Shown: positions 1 through 10,289, numbered from the stretch's first letter. The stretch is 64,000 nucleotides of DNA from Candidatus Eremiobacteria bacterium (GCA_963737065.1 CAVTRC010000002.1:256001-320000); one strand, 5' to 3'. Notes: generated from the letters alone by a model not told the origin. Numbers and translations are program-made.

Positions 1-2073
1 GATCTTCGCGCCGTCGCCGACGCGATTGCGGCAGCCGCAGCGGCGTACAACGCACTGCGCGAGGAGAAGTCGCCGGAGCTTGGCGCAATTCTCGCGCGGT
101 ACACCGTGCTTCGAGACGTACAGCGATCGTTGACCGAAGCGATCGACGAGCGCGGCACGATCCTCGACCGCGCTTCGCCTGCGCTCGGACGCATTCGTCG
201 CAACCTCGTCAATGCGCAGAACGATGCGCGCGATCGCGTCTCTTCCATCGTACGGTCCGGCAAGTACGCGCGCGTCATCCAAGACGCCGTCGTGACGATT
301 CGTGAAGGCCGGTTCGTCGTTCCGATCAAGGCCGAATTTTCCGGCGAATTTCCCGGTATCGTGCACGACTCCAGCTCGTCCGGACAAACGCTCTTCATCG
401 AGCCGCTCGCGGCCCTCGAGACGAATAACCGGCTGCGCACGCTGCGCATCGAAGAAGAGCGCGAGATCGAACGCATACTGCAAGAGCTTTCGCGTACCGT
501 CGGTGCGCATGCCGACGCGATCGCGTCGAACGTCGAAATGCTCGCACAAATCGACGTGCTCGTTGCCAAAGCGAACGTCGCACGATCGATGGACGCCCTT
601 GCGCCCGAACTCGTCGACGAGGCGGTGGTGCGCGTCGAACGCGGGCGTCACCCGCTGCTCGGCGAACGCGCAATTCCGCAAACGATTCCGCTCGACGGCG
701 AAACGCGTGTGCTCGTCGTCAGCGGCCCGAACATGGGCGGTAAAACGGTTGCGCTGAAGATGGTCGGCCTTTTCGTCGCGATGACGTATGCCGGCATGCA
801 CATTCCGGCATCCGTGGGAACGAAAGTCGGCCGCTTCTCGTGCGTCATCGCGGACATCGGCGACGAACAGTCGATCGTCGGTAACGCTTCGACGTTCTCG
901 GCTCATCTTTCGCGCATGCGCGAAATGTTCGAACGCGCCGACGAGCACACGCTCGTGCTCGTGGACGAAATCGGCGGCGGAACCGAGCCCGGTGCGGGCG
1001 CTGCGCTTGCGGTCGCGATGCTGGAGCGATTGCTGAGCGTCGGCGCGTGTGGCGTTGTGACGACACACGCAACCGAGTTGAAACTCTTCGCGAGCGCAGC
1101 GGCGGGCGTCGTGAACGCGAGCGTCCGCTTCGATCCGCAAACGTTCCGTCCGACGTACCACCTTGACGTTGGCGCGCCTGGACAGTCGCTGGCGTTTCCG
1201 CTCGCTACCGCGCTCGGCATCGATCGCGCGATCGTGGATCGCGCGCAGGCGTTGCTCGATACGCGTGAGCGCGACTATGAATCTGCGCTCGCGGAGCTTT
1301 CTCTGCGCTCTGCGGAATTGCAAACGGAGCGCGAAGCGCTCTTCAACGAACGCCGTGCAGCGGAGCGTGAGCGCGGAAGCCTCGCAAATGATCGCGAGCG
1401 GTTCGAGGCGGAACGGCGGGCGTTTGCCGAACGCGCGGAGGAACGCATGCAGCAAAGCCTCCGCGAGTTTACTCAGGAACTTCAACGTCGCGCCGCCACG
1501 GCGCAGGCCAAGCGCGCGCGCGTGACCGCATCGCAAAGCGCGCTGCTCTCCCGTACTGCAGAAGAGATGCGGCGCGCGCTCGGCATCACAAACGAGCTCG
1601 ACGGCGCACAACGGTCGGAAGACGGCATGTTGCAGCGCAATGAGCCGGTGCGCATCGTGTCGCTGCGGCAAGATGGGGCCGTCGTCGAAGATTACGGCGA
1701 TAACGTTCTCGTCGCAATCGGTCCGATGAAAACGGTAGTAAAGAAGAGCGACGTCCAGCGTCGCAAAGGCGGCGCGAACAAGCCACGTCACGAAACGGGA
1801 CGAACCGCAAAACTGGAAGCGGCGTCGCGCTCTATGCCGGAACTCGACGTGCGCGGCAAACGCTACATCGAAGCCGAGCCCGTCGTCGATCACTGGCTTG
1901 ACGAAGCGGCACTCGCGGGAAATTCGCCGCTGCGATTGATTCACGGTAAAGGTACCGGCATGCTGGGCCGCGGCCTGCAAGAGTTTCTACGTTCGCATCC
2001 GTCCGTCAAGAGTGTCCGCTACGGACGCGAGGACGAGGGCTCGGGCGGCGTAACGATAATTGAGTTGGCATGA
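1..2073 (+). CDS. mutS2: MutS2 endonuclease / ribosome collision factor (5'-truncated by window edge)
   Basis: Frame open from base 1; Walker A GPNMGGKT, DIGDEQSI, STFSAH, DEIGGGT; coiled coil; C-terminal Smr domain (LDVRG...IHGKGTG). Confidence 0.96.
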   Translation, partial: DLRAVADAIAAAAAAYNALREEKSPELGAILARYTVLRDVQRSLTEAIDERGTILDRASPALGRIRRNLVNAQNDARDRVSSIVRSGKYARVIQDAVVTIREGRFVVPIKAEFSGEFPGIVHDSSSSGQTLFIEPLAALETNNRLRTLRIEEEREIERILQELSRTVGAHADAIASNVEMLAQIDVLVAKANVARSMDALAPELVDEAVVRVERGRHPLLGERAIPQTIPLDGETRVLVVSGPNMGGKTVALKMVGLFVAMTYAGMHIPASVGTKVGRFSCVIADIGDEQSIVGNASTFSAHLSRMREMFERADEHTLVLVDEIGGGTEPGAGAALAVAMLERLLSVGACGVVTTHATELKLFASAAAGVVNASVRFDPQTFRPTYHLDVGAPGQSLAFPLATALGIDRAIVDRAQALLDTRERDYESALAELSLRSAELQTEREALFNERRAAERERGSLANDRERFEAERRAFAERAEERMQQSLREFTQELQRRAATAQAKRARVTASQSALLSRTAEEMRRALGITNELDGAQRSEDGMLQRNEPVRIVSLRQDGAVVEDYGDNVLVAIGPMKTVVKKSDVQRRKGGANKPRHETGRTAKLEAASRSMPELDVRGKRYIEAEPVVDHWLDEAALAGNSPLRLIHGKGTGMLGRGLQEFLRSHPSVKSVRYGREDEGSGGVTIIELA

Positions 2074-3272
2074 CGAGCGCGCGCTCATCGGACGTCGAGC
2101 ATTTGCTCGACGGGTTCGAAACGGTCGAAACGGTTGAGGACTTTCGCGACCGCCTCAAACTCGGCCGCCCGCTCAACGTCAAGCTCGGCATCGATCCGAC
2201 GAGTCCCGACCTCCATCTCGGATTCATGGTGGTGCTAGACAAATTGCAGCGGTTTGCGCAGACGGGCCACAACGTCACGCTGATCATCGGCGATTTCACG
2301 GCGAGCATCGGCGATCCGAGCGGCCGCAACGCGTTGCGCCCGCCGCTCACGCGCGAGCACATCGAAGCGAACATGCAAACGTACCGCGAGCAGGCTGGAA
2401 AAGTGCTCGATCTCGAGCGCGTGAAGATCCGATACAATTCCGAATGGCTCGGCAAGATGAATTTCTCCGACGTCGTACGCATGGTTTCGCACGTTACCGT
2501 CGCCCAGATGCTCGAACGAAATGACTTCAATAACCGCTATGAAAGCCGCACGCCGATTTCGCTGCATGAGTTTTTGTATCCGGTTGCCCAAGCTGCGGAC
2601 TCGATTGCGATAGAGTCGGACGTCGAGCTCGGAGGAACGGATCAGCTTTTCAATTTGCTCCTTGGACGCCAGTTTCAACGCGAATACGGACAGCTTCCGC
2701 AGATTTGCGCAACGGTTCCGCTGCTCGTTGGTCTCGACGGTGAGCGGAAAATGAGCAAGTCGCTCGACAACTACGTCGGCATCGCGGAAAGCGCGCGCTC
2801 GCAATTCGGGAAACTGATGAAGATGTCTGATGAGTTGATGCCGACCTATGCGCGCCTTGCTGCGTTTCGATCGCAATCGGAAGCGGATGTACTCGCACGT
2901 CAGATAGCAAGCGGCACGTCCAACGCCATCGAATTGAAGAAGCAGCTCGCGCAAGACATCGTCGGGCGATATCACGGAGCGGCGGAAGCGCTCGCCGCCC
3001 GCGACTACTTCGAGCGAACGGTGCAGCGTAAGGAGATCCCGCGCGATGACGTTCCGGAGATGGAACAAGGTGATGCGAAGACCGTTGCTCAGGTATTGGT
3101 AAAAGCCGGGTTTGCCGAAAGCAAGCGCGCCGCCGAGCGACTAATTTCGCAGAAAGGCGTGAAGGTGGATGGTATAGTCGTGAACGATCCCCGCGCTACC
3201 TGGAGCGCGACCGACCCGGCCGTGCTCTCCGTAGGCTCCCGCAACTTCAAACGCGTGCTTCCTCAGAGGTAA
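2070..3272 (+). CDS. tyrS: Tyrosine--tRNA ligase
   Basis: GIDPTSPDLHLG (HIGH-like), GGTDQ, KMSKS, C-terminal S4 domain; ATGA overlap with mutS2. Confidence 0.97.
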   Translation: MTSARSSDVEHLLDGFETVETVEDFRDRLKLGRPLNVKLGIDPTSPDLHLGFMVVLDKLQRFAQTGHNVTLIIGDFTASIGDPSGRNALRPPLTREHIEANMQTYREQAGKVLDLERVKIRYNSEWLGKMNFSDVVRMVSHVTVAQMLERNDFNNRYESRTPISLHEFLYPVAQAADSIAIESDVELGGTDQLFNLLLGRQFQREYGQLPQICATVPLLVGLDGERKMSKSLDNYVGIAESARSQFGKLMKMSDELMPTYARLAAFRSQSEADVLARQIASGTSNAIELKKQLAQDIVGRYHGAAEALAARDYFERTVQRKEIPRDDVPEMEQGDAKTVAQVLVKAGFAESKRAAERLISQKGVKVDGIVVNDPRATWSATDPAVLSVGSRNFKRVLPQR

Positions 3273-3281
3273 GATCGTCAA

Positions 3282-3524
3282 ATGGCGCAGTCCCCGGTCA
3301 CGTATACGTCGTCGATGCAGCCAATCGAAGGCAAGAAGCTCGTGTGCAAGCGCTGCAAACGCGTCTACAACTATCCGGAACCCGGCGCGCGCCCGATCCG
3401 CTGCGAGTGCGGGTGGTGGTACTACAACGACGGAGCGCGCGTGCGAGAAGCCTACTGGCAGCGCCTCGAGGGTTACAAAATGCCCGGCGACCTGCGACGC
3501 ATGTTCAAGACCGATATTTTCTAA
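3282..3524 (+). CDS. Small putative zinc-ribbon protein
   Basis: 80 aa with CKRC...CECG; fills the gap between tyrS and convergent hslO. Confidence 0.65.
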   Translation: MAQSPVTYTSSMQPIEGKKLVCKRCKRVYNYPEPGARPIRCECGWWYYNDGARVREAYWQRLEGYKMPGDLRRMFKTDIF

Positions 3525-4405
3525 GCGATGCGTTCGGCTAATTCGTTCACTTCGTCGGACGTAAACACGTAAATCTTTTTACAAAACTCGCACGTTGCTT
3601 CCGTCTCGGGACGCTCTGAGGCCAAGCGCCGCAATTCGTCTGCTCCCATGCCGATCAACGCGCCTTCCACGCGTTCGCGGTTGCAGAGACACGCAAAGTG
3701 GAGGTCGACACTGCGATGCGAACGCAGCTCGATCGGCCCCGCAAGCGCATGCAGCAGTGCATGCGCATCCGCCCCTTCATTGATCATCGTCGTAACCGCC
3801 GGCATCGCAAGCGCACGTTGCTCGAGCGTTGCGATCGCGTCTTCATCCGCCCCGGGTAACACTTGGGCCAGCACTCCACCGGCCGCGCGAACGCCGTCCG
3901 GATTTGCGAGTACGCCGAGTGCGACGACGCTCGGAATTTGCTCGGACTTCACGAGGTACGCCGCGAGATCTTCCGCGATTTCACCGGAGTAAAGCGGCAC
4001 GACGCCGACATACGGCTGACCGACTTCGTACGATTTGATCACTTGCAGCGAACCGTCGCCTATTGCACCCGCGACGTCGAACTTTCCGCGCGCATTGAGC
4101 GGGAGATCGACATGCGGATTCTTCACGTACGCGCGGGCACCCAGCAAATTCTCCTCGAGCAGCCATGCATCAGAACCGACCGATCCGATTGCGCCCTCGC
4201 CGGTGACCTGCAGCGTCAAACGTTCGCGTCCTTTCAGTCCGGACCCGAACAGCACGGTCCCGGTCATCAGACGGCCTGCAGCTGCGGTCGCGAGCGGAGA
4301 GAGATCGTGGCGCTCGCGCACGTCGGTGACGAGTTCGGTTGTGATGGCGGCGACGACCGCGATTCCCGCTTCCGGTGCGGCGGCACTGATCATGAGGTCG
4401 GGCAT
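3521..4405 (-). CDS. hslO: Hsp33 redox-regulated chaperone
   Basis: SGEIAEDLAAYLVKSEQIPS, CLC...CEFC zinc motif; start set at ATG 4405. Confidence 0.95.
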   Translation of the reverse strand: MPDLMISAAAPEAGIAVVAAITTELVTDVRERHDLSPLATAAAGRLMTGTVLFGSGLKGRERLTLQVTGEGAIGSVGSDAWLLEENLLGARAYVKNPHVDLPLNARGKFDVAGAIGDGSLQVIKSYEVGQPYVGVVPLYSGEIAEDLAAYLVKSEQIPSVVALGVLANPDGVRAAGGVLAQVLPGADEDAIATLEQRALAMPAVTTMINEGADAHALLHALAGPIELRSHRSVDLHFACLCNRERVEGALIGMGADELRRLASERPETEATCEFCKKIYVFTSDEVNELAERIA

Positions 4406-4464
4406 AGCAGAACTTGCTCTCGTGCGAAGGCGCGTGGTTTTCCTTCTCAGAAGCAAGGGGGCAG

Positions 4465-4899
4465 ATGCGCGTTCTCGTCATTCATGGACCCAACCTCAAT
4501 TTGCTCGGCGAGCGCCAGCCGCAAATTTACGGCTCACAAACGCTCGGTGAAATCAACGAACTGATCGTGACGTCCGCGGCGGAGTTCGGAGTTGACGTCG
4601 ATTGCGCGCAGTATAACGGTGAAGGCGAGATTATCGATGCGATTCACGCGGCTCGCGAATCGTTCGATGCAATCGTGATTAATCCGGGAGCGTACTCGCA
4701 TTATTCGCACGCGATCGCCGACGCCATTGCGGCGGTTCCGATTCCCGTCGTCGAAGCGCATCTCTCAAATATCTCCGCGCGCGAGCCGCATCGACGCGTT
4801 AGCGTCACGGCCGGCGCCTGCACGGGCAGCGTCTCGGGTTTCGGCGCGAATTCCTATATCCTCGCGTTGCGTGCCGCTTTGAGAATCCAGGGAAAATAA
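4465..4899 (+). CDS. aroQ: Type II 3-dehydroquinate dehydratase
   Basis: HGPNLNLLGERQPQIYG, INPGAYSHYS, EAHLSNISARE; ATG 4465. Confidence 0.96.
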   Translation: MRVLVIHGPNLNLLGERQPQIYGSQTLGEINELIVTSAAEFGVDVDCAQYNGEGEIIDAIHAARESFDAIVINPGAYSHYSHAIADAIAAVPIPVVEAHLSNISAREPHRRVSVTAGACTGSVSGFGANSYILALRAALRIQGK

Positions 4900-4949
4900 C
4901 GATCTTTTGCGTATACCCCTGCCTGGCGGCGGGTCCGCTTCATGGGAGA

Positions 4950-5288
4950 TTGCCGTTGACGAAAGCCGATTTGATTCACACGGTGGCCTCACAGATCAGC
5001 CTCCCCAAGCGACAGGCCGCGCAAATCGTCGATCTGATTCTCAACGAAATCAAATTCGCACTTCAACAAGGTGACCGCGTAGCACTCACGCCGTTCGGAA
5101 GTTTCGTCGTACGCAGCCGCAAAGCGCGCGAAGGACGTAATCCGAAAACCGGAGAGAAGATTAAGATTACGGCGCGCAAAGTTCCGGCCTTCGTCGCGGG
5201 CAAGTCGCTCAAAGACGCCGTCGGTGGACGCATGACCGGCGGCGCAAACAAATCCACGGCGAATAAGAAGGGCGCAAAGCGCAGCTGA
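4950..5288 (+). CDS. hup: HU family DNA-binding protein with short Lys-rich tail
   Basis: TKADLI, FGSF, REGRNPKTGEKIKI, VPAFVAGKSLKDAV; GGGAG RBS. Confidence 0.93.
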   Translation: MPLTKADLIHTVASQISLPKRQAAQIVDLILNEIKFALQQGDRVALTPFGSFVVRSRKAREGRNPKTGEKIKITARKVPAFVAGKSLKDAVGGRMTGGANKSTANKKGAKRS

Positions 5289-5376
5289 TTACGTCAACGG
5301 CACGCGGCAACGTTCCGATGTCGCGACTCAGTACGTTCGTGCGTTCAAACAAAGCCCGTCCCGAAGATATGTGCGA

Positions 5377-6078
5377 TCAGCGACGCTGGTACGAGTCGGC
5401 GAGGTTGTCATTTATGACAGTTGCTACACCATTGCTGTTCAGCTGTAACGTTGTCGACAGAGTTTGCGAGGAATAACTCCAGCCTGCAGGCAAGGTCAAT
5501 TTGCTGCCCAGTGTAGGCAGTTGTGCATACGTCAGCGCCGGATCAACGATTTGTGCGTACGATTGCATCACATACACATCGCCGTTCGGCGCGGTCAGTT
5601 CGAAGATTGGCTTCCCCGCTAAGTAGATCCACACGGTGTCACGCTGAACCTCGTTAGGAACATAGAACTGTTGCCCGACGGTAGGCTGTCCCACCGGCGT
5701 CTGAATTATGCCGCGCAGACCCATTTCGAGTCCGCCAAACGTGAACGTCGTTCCGGTTGCCGTCGAGCCCGTCGCCGATATCTCGTCCAACACCCAATGC
5801 CTCGGGCCATTGAGCTGCGCGCTCTGAGAGCCAAATTCTTGGTCCACCTGTGCGACGGTGAGCGCGTTCCACTGCGAGGCAGGGCAATCACTATATCCGA
5901 GCGTGTTATAGACGTAGGTGTTCACAGTCTGTCCGGACTGGACCGAGGGAATAACCTCGCAGTAGCGGGCGTCCCGTAGGCCCGTTGTAACGACTGGACC
6001 GGGCCCGATGAACGTGCCGTTGTTACCGCTGCACGCAGCAATCGTCAGCGAAAGCGTAAGTAGATACGATCGTTTCAT
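5377..6078 (-). CDS. Putative lipoprotein, unknown function
   Basis: Basic N-terminus, hydrophobic stretch and lipobox IAAC; protein-like 233 aa ORF. Confidence 0.8.
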   Translation of the reverse strand: MKRSYLLTLSLTIAACSGNNGTFIGPGPVVTTGLRDARYCEVIPSVQSGQTVNTYVYNTLGYSDCPASQWNALTVAQVDQEFGSQSAQLNGPRHWVLDEISATGSTATGTTFTFGGLEMGLRGIIQTPVGQPTVGQQFYVPNEVQRDTVWIYLAGKPIFELTAPNGDVYVMQSYAQIVDPALTYAQLPTLGSKLTLPAGWSYSSQTLSTTLQLNSNGVATVINDNLADSYQRR

Positions 6079-6609
6079 TTCGACACCTACGTAAGTAAAA
6101 TGGCGAGAGTTCGTTTAGTCTAGCAGGTTCGCACACCAGAGGCTATCCTACGTCGTACAAGCAATTCGCGGCGCGCGGGTAAATTCCAGCGGACGCCTGC
6201 TCACATGTGCGACGGCGTCGTTCGGCGCGAAGAGCAGTCGTCTCCGTCGCACCATGCACGGCTCCGTTGATAGTAATTGCGACGTCGCGTACGATGGCAG
6301 CGGAACGTCGCTGGCAGTATTCGACGTTCGCACTGTAGCCGCAGAGCCGGAGAACCAGTTGCACCAGTTGTTTGCGCCCGCCGCTCTTGTCTCGCGTTCG
6401 TCGACGCTGACTGCAGAACAAGGTCGGCATCGCACAGACGTACCGACGCGTCATTGTAGCGATGTCGTTTTAACGGCGCCCGCGTCAGGCCGTTGCGTGA
6501 TGTTGCTCGCTAACGTGCTCGCGACATCGCCGGGAAGCCGATTCTACAAGGAAAAACTCCACACCAGTAGCAAGTGTCAGAGCCGTAGAACTCGCTGTCT
6601 ACATGCGAG

Positions 6610-6687
6610 CGGGCTGTGGCGCAGCTTGGTTAGCGCGCTTGACTGGGGGTCAAGAGGTCGCAGGTTCGAATCCTGTCAGCCCGACCA
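6610..6687 (+). tRNA. tRNA-Pro(GGG)
   Basis: Acceptor stem CGGGCTG/CAGCCCG, anticodon arm CTTGA-CTGGGGG-TCAAG, GGTTCGAATCC T-arm, encoded CCA. Confidence 0.97.
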
Positions 6688-6690
6688 TTT

Positions 6691-6722
6691 GAGCCTCGAT
6701 TTTTATCGGGCTTTTTCTTTTT
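6691..6722 (+). terminator. Intrinsic terminator after tRNA-Pro
   Basis: AGCC(T)CGAT-TTTT-ATCGGGCT followed by TTTTCTTTTT. Confidence 0.75.
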
Positions 6723-6870
6723 CGGCACCAGACCGGAACGCCTCGCCACTTCCAATTCTTCCACGGCTTCCGGGTCGGCGTCTTTTATCACAGCGCGAAT
6801 CTGCGCGAGGGTCTTACCGCGCCAGCCGCCCAGCGCTTTGATCGGTTCGTCCATCATGCGAGAGGGAGAC
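6723..6870 (-). pseudogene. DUF1801 (YdhG-like) gene remnant, frameshifted and truncated
   Basis: IKALGGWRGKTLAQIRAVIKDADPEAVEE continues after one extra base as WKWRGVPVW, then runs into the tRNA terminator. Confidence 0.7.
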
Positions 6871-6899
6871 GTTGCTTCGAACGAAAGGACGGCGCTGTA

Positions 6900-7856
6900 A
6901 TGCTTCGTCACCTTTTTGCGTACGCGCTTAGCGTTGCGATGCTTGGCGCGGCGCCGTCCCTACCGTACCGTGAAGAACCGGTTTCCGTTACGATTCCAGG
7001 CGGACATCTCAGCGGAACGCTCATGTTACCAGCGTCCAGCGCACCGGTTCCCGTCGCATTGATCGTCGCGGGTTCCGGGCCGACGGACCGCAACGGAAAT
7101 GCAAGAGGCATGATGCAGACCGATGCATATAAGAAGCTCGCGGAAGCATTAGCTGCACACGGCATCGCGACACTTCGGTATGACAAGCGTGGGATTGGTG
7201 AGAGCACCGTTACTCAGACGGAAAGTGCCTTACGGTTCGACGACTACGTCACTGATGCGCTGGCCTTCACGGCGCAACTGGAACAAGACAAACGATTCAG
7301 CCGCGTCGCAATCATCGGCCATAGCGAAGGCTCGTTGATCGGTATGCTCGCCGCGGAGCGCGATCCGCACGTTGCTGCGCTCGTTTCACTCGAAGGCGCC
7401 GGCCGAAATCTCGGAGCGATCCTCGACGAACAGATAAAAAGCAATCCCGCAAACCCGCCCGCGCTCGTGAGCGAAGTTCAGCGCATCGATGCATCGCTCG
7501 AAGTCGGAAAGACCGTAGCGGTTCCCGATCCGCAACTGGCGCCGCTCTTCCGTCCAAGCGTTCAGCCGTACCTCATCTCAGAGTATCGATACGATCCGGC
7601 TTCAGAAATCGGCAAACTGAAGATTCCCGTGTTGATCGTCCACGGAACGCACGACATCCAAGTATCGGATGTCGACGCCTCTCGTCTTGCGTTCGCAGAT
7701 CCGAGTGCGCAAGCCGTGGCGATTCCCAACATGAATCACATCCTCGTCGATGCGCCTGCGAATCGCGAAGGCAACCTGGCGACGTACCAGGATCCGTCGC
7801 TGCCGCTGGACGCAACGCTGGTGAGCTCTATCGCTGCATTCCTGACGAAGCCGTAA
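6900..7856 (+). CDS. Secreted alpha/beta hydrolase
   Basis: Signal peptide; GSGPTDRNGN, RYDKRG, GHSEG nucleophile elbow, D and MNH catalytic positions. Confidence 0.9.
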   Translation: MLRHLFAYALSVAMLGAAPSLPYREEPVSVTIPGGHLSGTLMLPASSAPVPVALIVAGSGPTDRNGNARGMMQTDAYKKLAEALAAHGIATLRYDKRGIGESTVTQTESALRFDDYVTDALAFTAQLEQDKRFSRVAIIGHSEGSLIGMLAAERDPHVAALVSLEGAGRNLGAILDEQIKSNPANPPALVSEVQRIDASLEVGKTVAVPDPQLAPLFRPSVQPYLISEYRYDPASEIGKLKIPVLIVHGTHDIQVSDVDASRLAFADPSAQAVAIPNMNHILVDAPANREGNLATYQDPSLPLDATLVSSIAAFLTKP

Positions 7857-7883
7857 CGCCGCAATGCGCGGGGAGTAATCGTC

Positions 7884-8701
7884 ATGCATTTGAAGCGCGT
7901 TCTAGTCGCGTTGCTGTTTCTTATTCCTTGTCCGGCGAGCGCAATCATTATTCGGGATGATGTGAGTGATGCGAAGTATCGCGTTGCCGCTTCGGAATTT
8001 CCGCCGCTTGCCGATCTGCCGGGGGAAGGACACGGTATACTGATTGCTCCGCGATGGGTATTGACCGCGGCGCATGCGGTCTCGTGGCAGATGGCGATCA
8101 ATGAGGTGACGATCAACGGCACGCCACGCGCGGTTTTGCGTGTAGTAAAGTATCCCGGGTTTGAGACGCTTCCGCAGCGTCTCATCGATCAAGAGATGGC
8201 CGACGGCGATCCGACAACGGCGATACGCTTTCTCGAATCGCAGAACGACGTTGCGCTCATCCAACTGAAGGATTCGGTCGAGGACGTCCAGCCCGCGACG
8301 CTTTACGCGGGAGCGAGCGAACGTGGGCAAATCGCCGAGATAATCGGGAAAGGTGCAACGGGAACGGGTCTTACGGGAATGGCGCCAGATGCTCCGCACC
8401 GGACCGTATTGCGTCGCGCCTTTACGACGATCACCGACGTGCAAGACCGCTGGCTTTGCTACACGTTTGCAAGGCTCCGGCCGCGCTTCCACTGCAAGGA
8501 ACAACCGCGAGCGGCGACAGCGGTAGTCCTGTGTTAATCGACGTCAACGGAAAAAAGGAAGTAGCCGGTCTCGCGTCCTGGCAATGGGTTCAAGGCGATG
8601 TGCGAGCGTTTCGCGTCGGTAAATATGGTCAAATAGCGTACAGCGTGCGGGTAAGTCATTACATCAACTGGATTCAGGGGATCATTCACGGCGAGCATTG
8701 A
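7884..8701 (+). pseudogene. Secreted trypsin-like serine protease, split by frameshift near 8470
   Basis: LTAAH and NDVAL in ORF 7884-8537; GDSGSP in overlapping frame 8456-8701. Confidence 0.85.
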
Positions 8702-8901
8702 TAGCGGATATAAATTCATTTGGCGGACATGGGTGACGAGAGTCGAGGACATCCGATGTTAAACCGATGCCTTCGCTCGTCAGAGCCAACGCGGATCACC
8801 GCACGTGTGGATCGATGCGACGTATGCCAAGAGGCGCGCCTCCGAACGTCGTGTCAATCGGTGACCTCCACGGCCACCTCTGCTGAGAACTGCGTTGCAA
8901 T

Positions 8902-9441
8902 CTAAAGTAATCGCACTTCACCCGAGTCGTACTGAAGCAGACCGGATTCGGTAACCCGCACGCCTTCGGTCAGCTTGTGCGGCGTTGCCTTTCCGGTGTG
9001 CATGATGTGCTGCACGTCGGCATCGTGAAGCAGCGTCGCGGCGTCAGACATCAGACGCCGATGGCAGCGCCACCACACCGACTCCGAGCACATGATCGCG
9101 ATACGGCCGGCGTCGGCGCGTTTCATCAAGAGATCTAACGCTTCGAGAAACTCCGGCGTCTGCATGTAATCGGCGTACGCGCGAAACGCGTCGTTGCGTA
9201 ACGCAACGTTCGGGCTGCGCGGATCGGCTTTCCGAAAGCCGCCGAACTCGGGATGCCATTCATATGCAGCACCCGAGAGGTCGGGCACCCACTGCGCCAT
9301 ACGCTCCGCCCAAACGTGTGGATGCGCGCGACTCTTGGGAATCTTGCGTACGTCGATTACGGTTTCGATGTGGTGCGTTCGCAGCAACGCGGCGAGTTCC
9401 GATTCACTCGCAGTGCCGTGTCCGAACGTCCACAGGCGCAT
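8902..9441 (-). CDS. DUF488 family protein
   Basis: TFGHG, DVRKIPKSR, YADYM, MCSESVWWRCHRRL. Confidence 0.9.
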   Translation of the reverse strand: MRLWTFGHGTASESELAALLRTHHIETVIDVRKIPKSRAHPHVWAERMAQWVPDLSGAAYEWHPEFGGFRKADPRSPNVALRNDAFRAYADYMQTPEFLEALDLLMKRADAGRIAIMCSESVWWRCHRRLMSDAATLLHDADVQHIMHTGKATPHKLTEGVRVTESGLLQYDSGEVRLL

Positions 9442-9448
9442 GGCGTCG

Positions 9449-10219
9449 CTACAGCGACGCGCAGGCTTTGCGAATGAACGCCTCCGCCTCGTCGCTGTAC
9501 GGCTTCTTGAAGTCCTTCGGCCAGTACGTTTGATCGCTCCACAGCTTGTTTAGGCCTTCGCTGACATCCGGATCGCCGTTGGTGAATTGAGAGACGAGAT
9601 CGCGCCACCGCTGCGCTAAAGCGCGTGCACGTTCGCTCTTCGGATCCTCGGTTTTCGCCGCGTCCTCAACGTCCGCGATGAGTTGCGCCCATGCGCGCTC
9701 GCCCTCTTCGATGACGTGCGGCGGCGTCGTTGCGCGCTTCTCGGCGAGCTTCTTCAGTGCTTCCGCAGAGTAGTAGTTCTCGGTCCAGCCAAAATCGTTT
9801 TTCACTTTAAATGCCTCGATCACGGTGCGGACGGCGCGCCAACGTTCGTCTTGGTCACGTTCCTCCAGCGCGCCTTCGGCTTCGCGGAGGGCAGCGAGCA
9901 CGAGGTCGAGCCTGCGCTGCTCCTCGAGAATGATTTTGCGTTGGAGGCGCAGCGCATCGGTAAGCGGCTGCGGCGGTCCGTCGAGAAGTTTTTTAATTCG
10001 ATCGAGCTGGAGACCGACATAGCGCAGCGCTAGGATCTGCTCCAACCGCTCCAGATCAGCCTCGCCGTAGAGACGATAGCCCGATTCGCTGCGCGCCGTA
10101 GGCGGCAACAACCCGAGACGATCGTAAAAGTGCAACGTGCGAACGGTCACCCCGCACCGCGCCGCAAACTCCTTCGCCCGAAGCAATGCGCGCTTCGGCG
10201 TCTCCATCGATGCTCTCAC
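9449..10219 (-). CDS. MerR family regulator, TipA/Mta-like
   Basis: GVTVRTLHFYDRLGLL...GYRLY HTH; C-terminal TipAS-like domain (DPKSERARALAQRW); GGAGG RBS before GTG. Confidence 0.92.
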   Translation of the reverse strand: MRASMETPKRALLRAKEFAARCGVTVRTLHFYDRLGLLPPTARSESGYRLYGEADLERLEQILALRYVGLQLDRIKKLLDGPPQPLTDALRLQRKIILEEQRRLDLVLAALREAEGALEERDQDERWRAVRTVIEAFKVKNDFGWTENYYSAEALKKLAEKRATTPPHVIEEGERAWAQLIADVEDAAKTEDPKSERARALAQRWRDLVSQFTNGDPDVSEGLNKLWSDQTYWPKDFKKPYSDEAEAFIRKACASL

Positions 10220-10226
10220 CCTCCGA

Positions 10227-10257
10227 ACGCTACGCTATGACGTAACGTTAGGGTCAA
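10227..10257 (-). promoter_or_regulatory. MerR-type promoter with 19-bp spacer and operator dyad
   Basis: Minus strand TTGACC-ctaacgttacgtcatagcg(19)-TAGCGT; ACGT-T-ACGT dyad inside the spacer. Confidence 0.85.
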
Positions 10258-10262
10258 GCGAG

Positions 10263-10284
10263 AGCGGCGCCTTTCGGCGCCGCT
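10263..10284 (-). terminator. Hairpin after small secreted protein gene
   Basis: Perfect 9-bp stem AGCGGCGCC/GGCGCCGCT, GAAA loop on minus strand; weak U tract. Confidence 0.6.
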
Positions 10285-10289
10285 AGCTG

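Noticed and set aside
6143..6600. Short ORFs upstream of tRNA-Pro
   Set aside because: No RBS, motifs or host-like codon pattern
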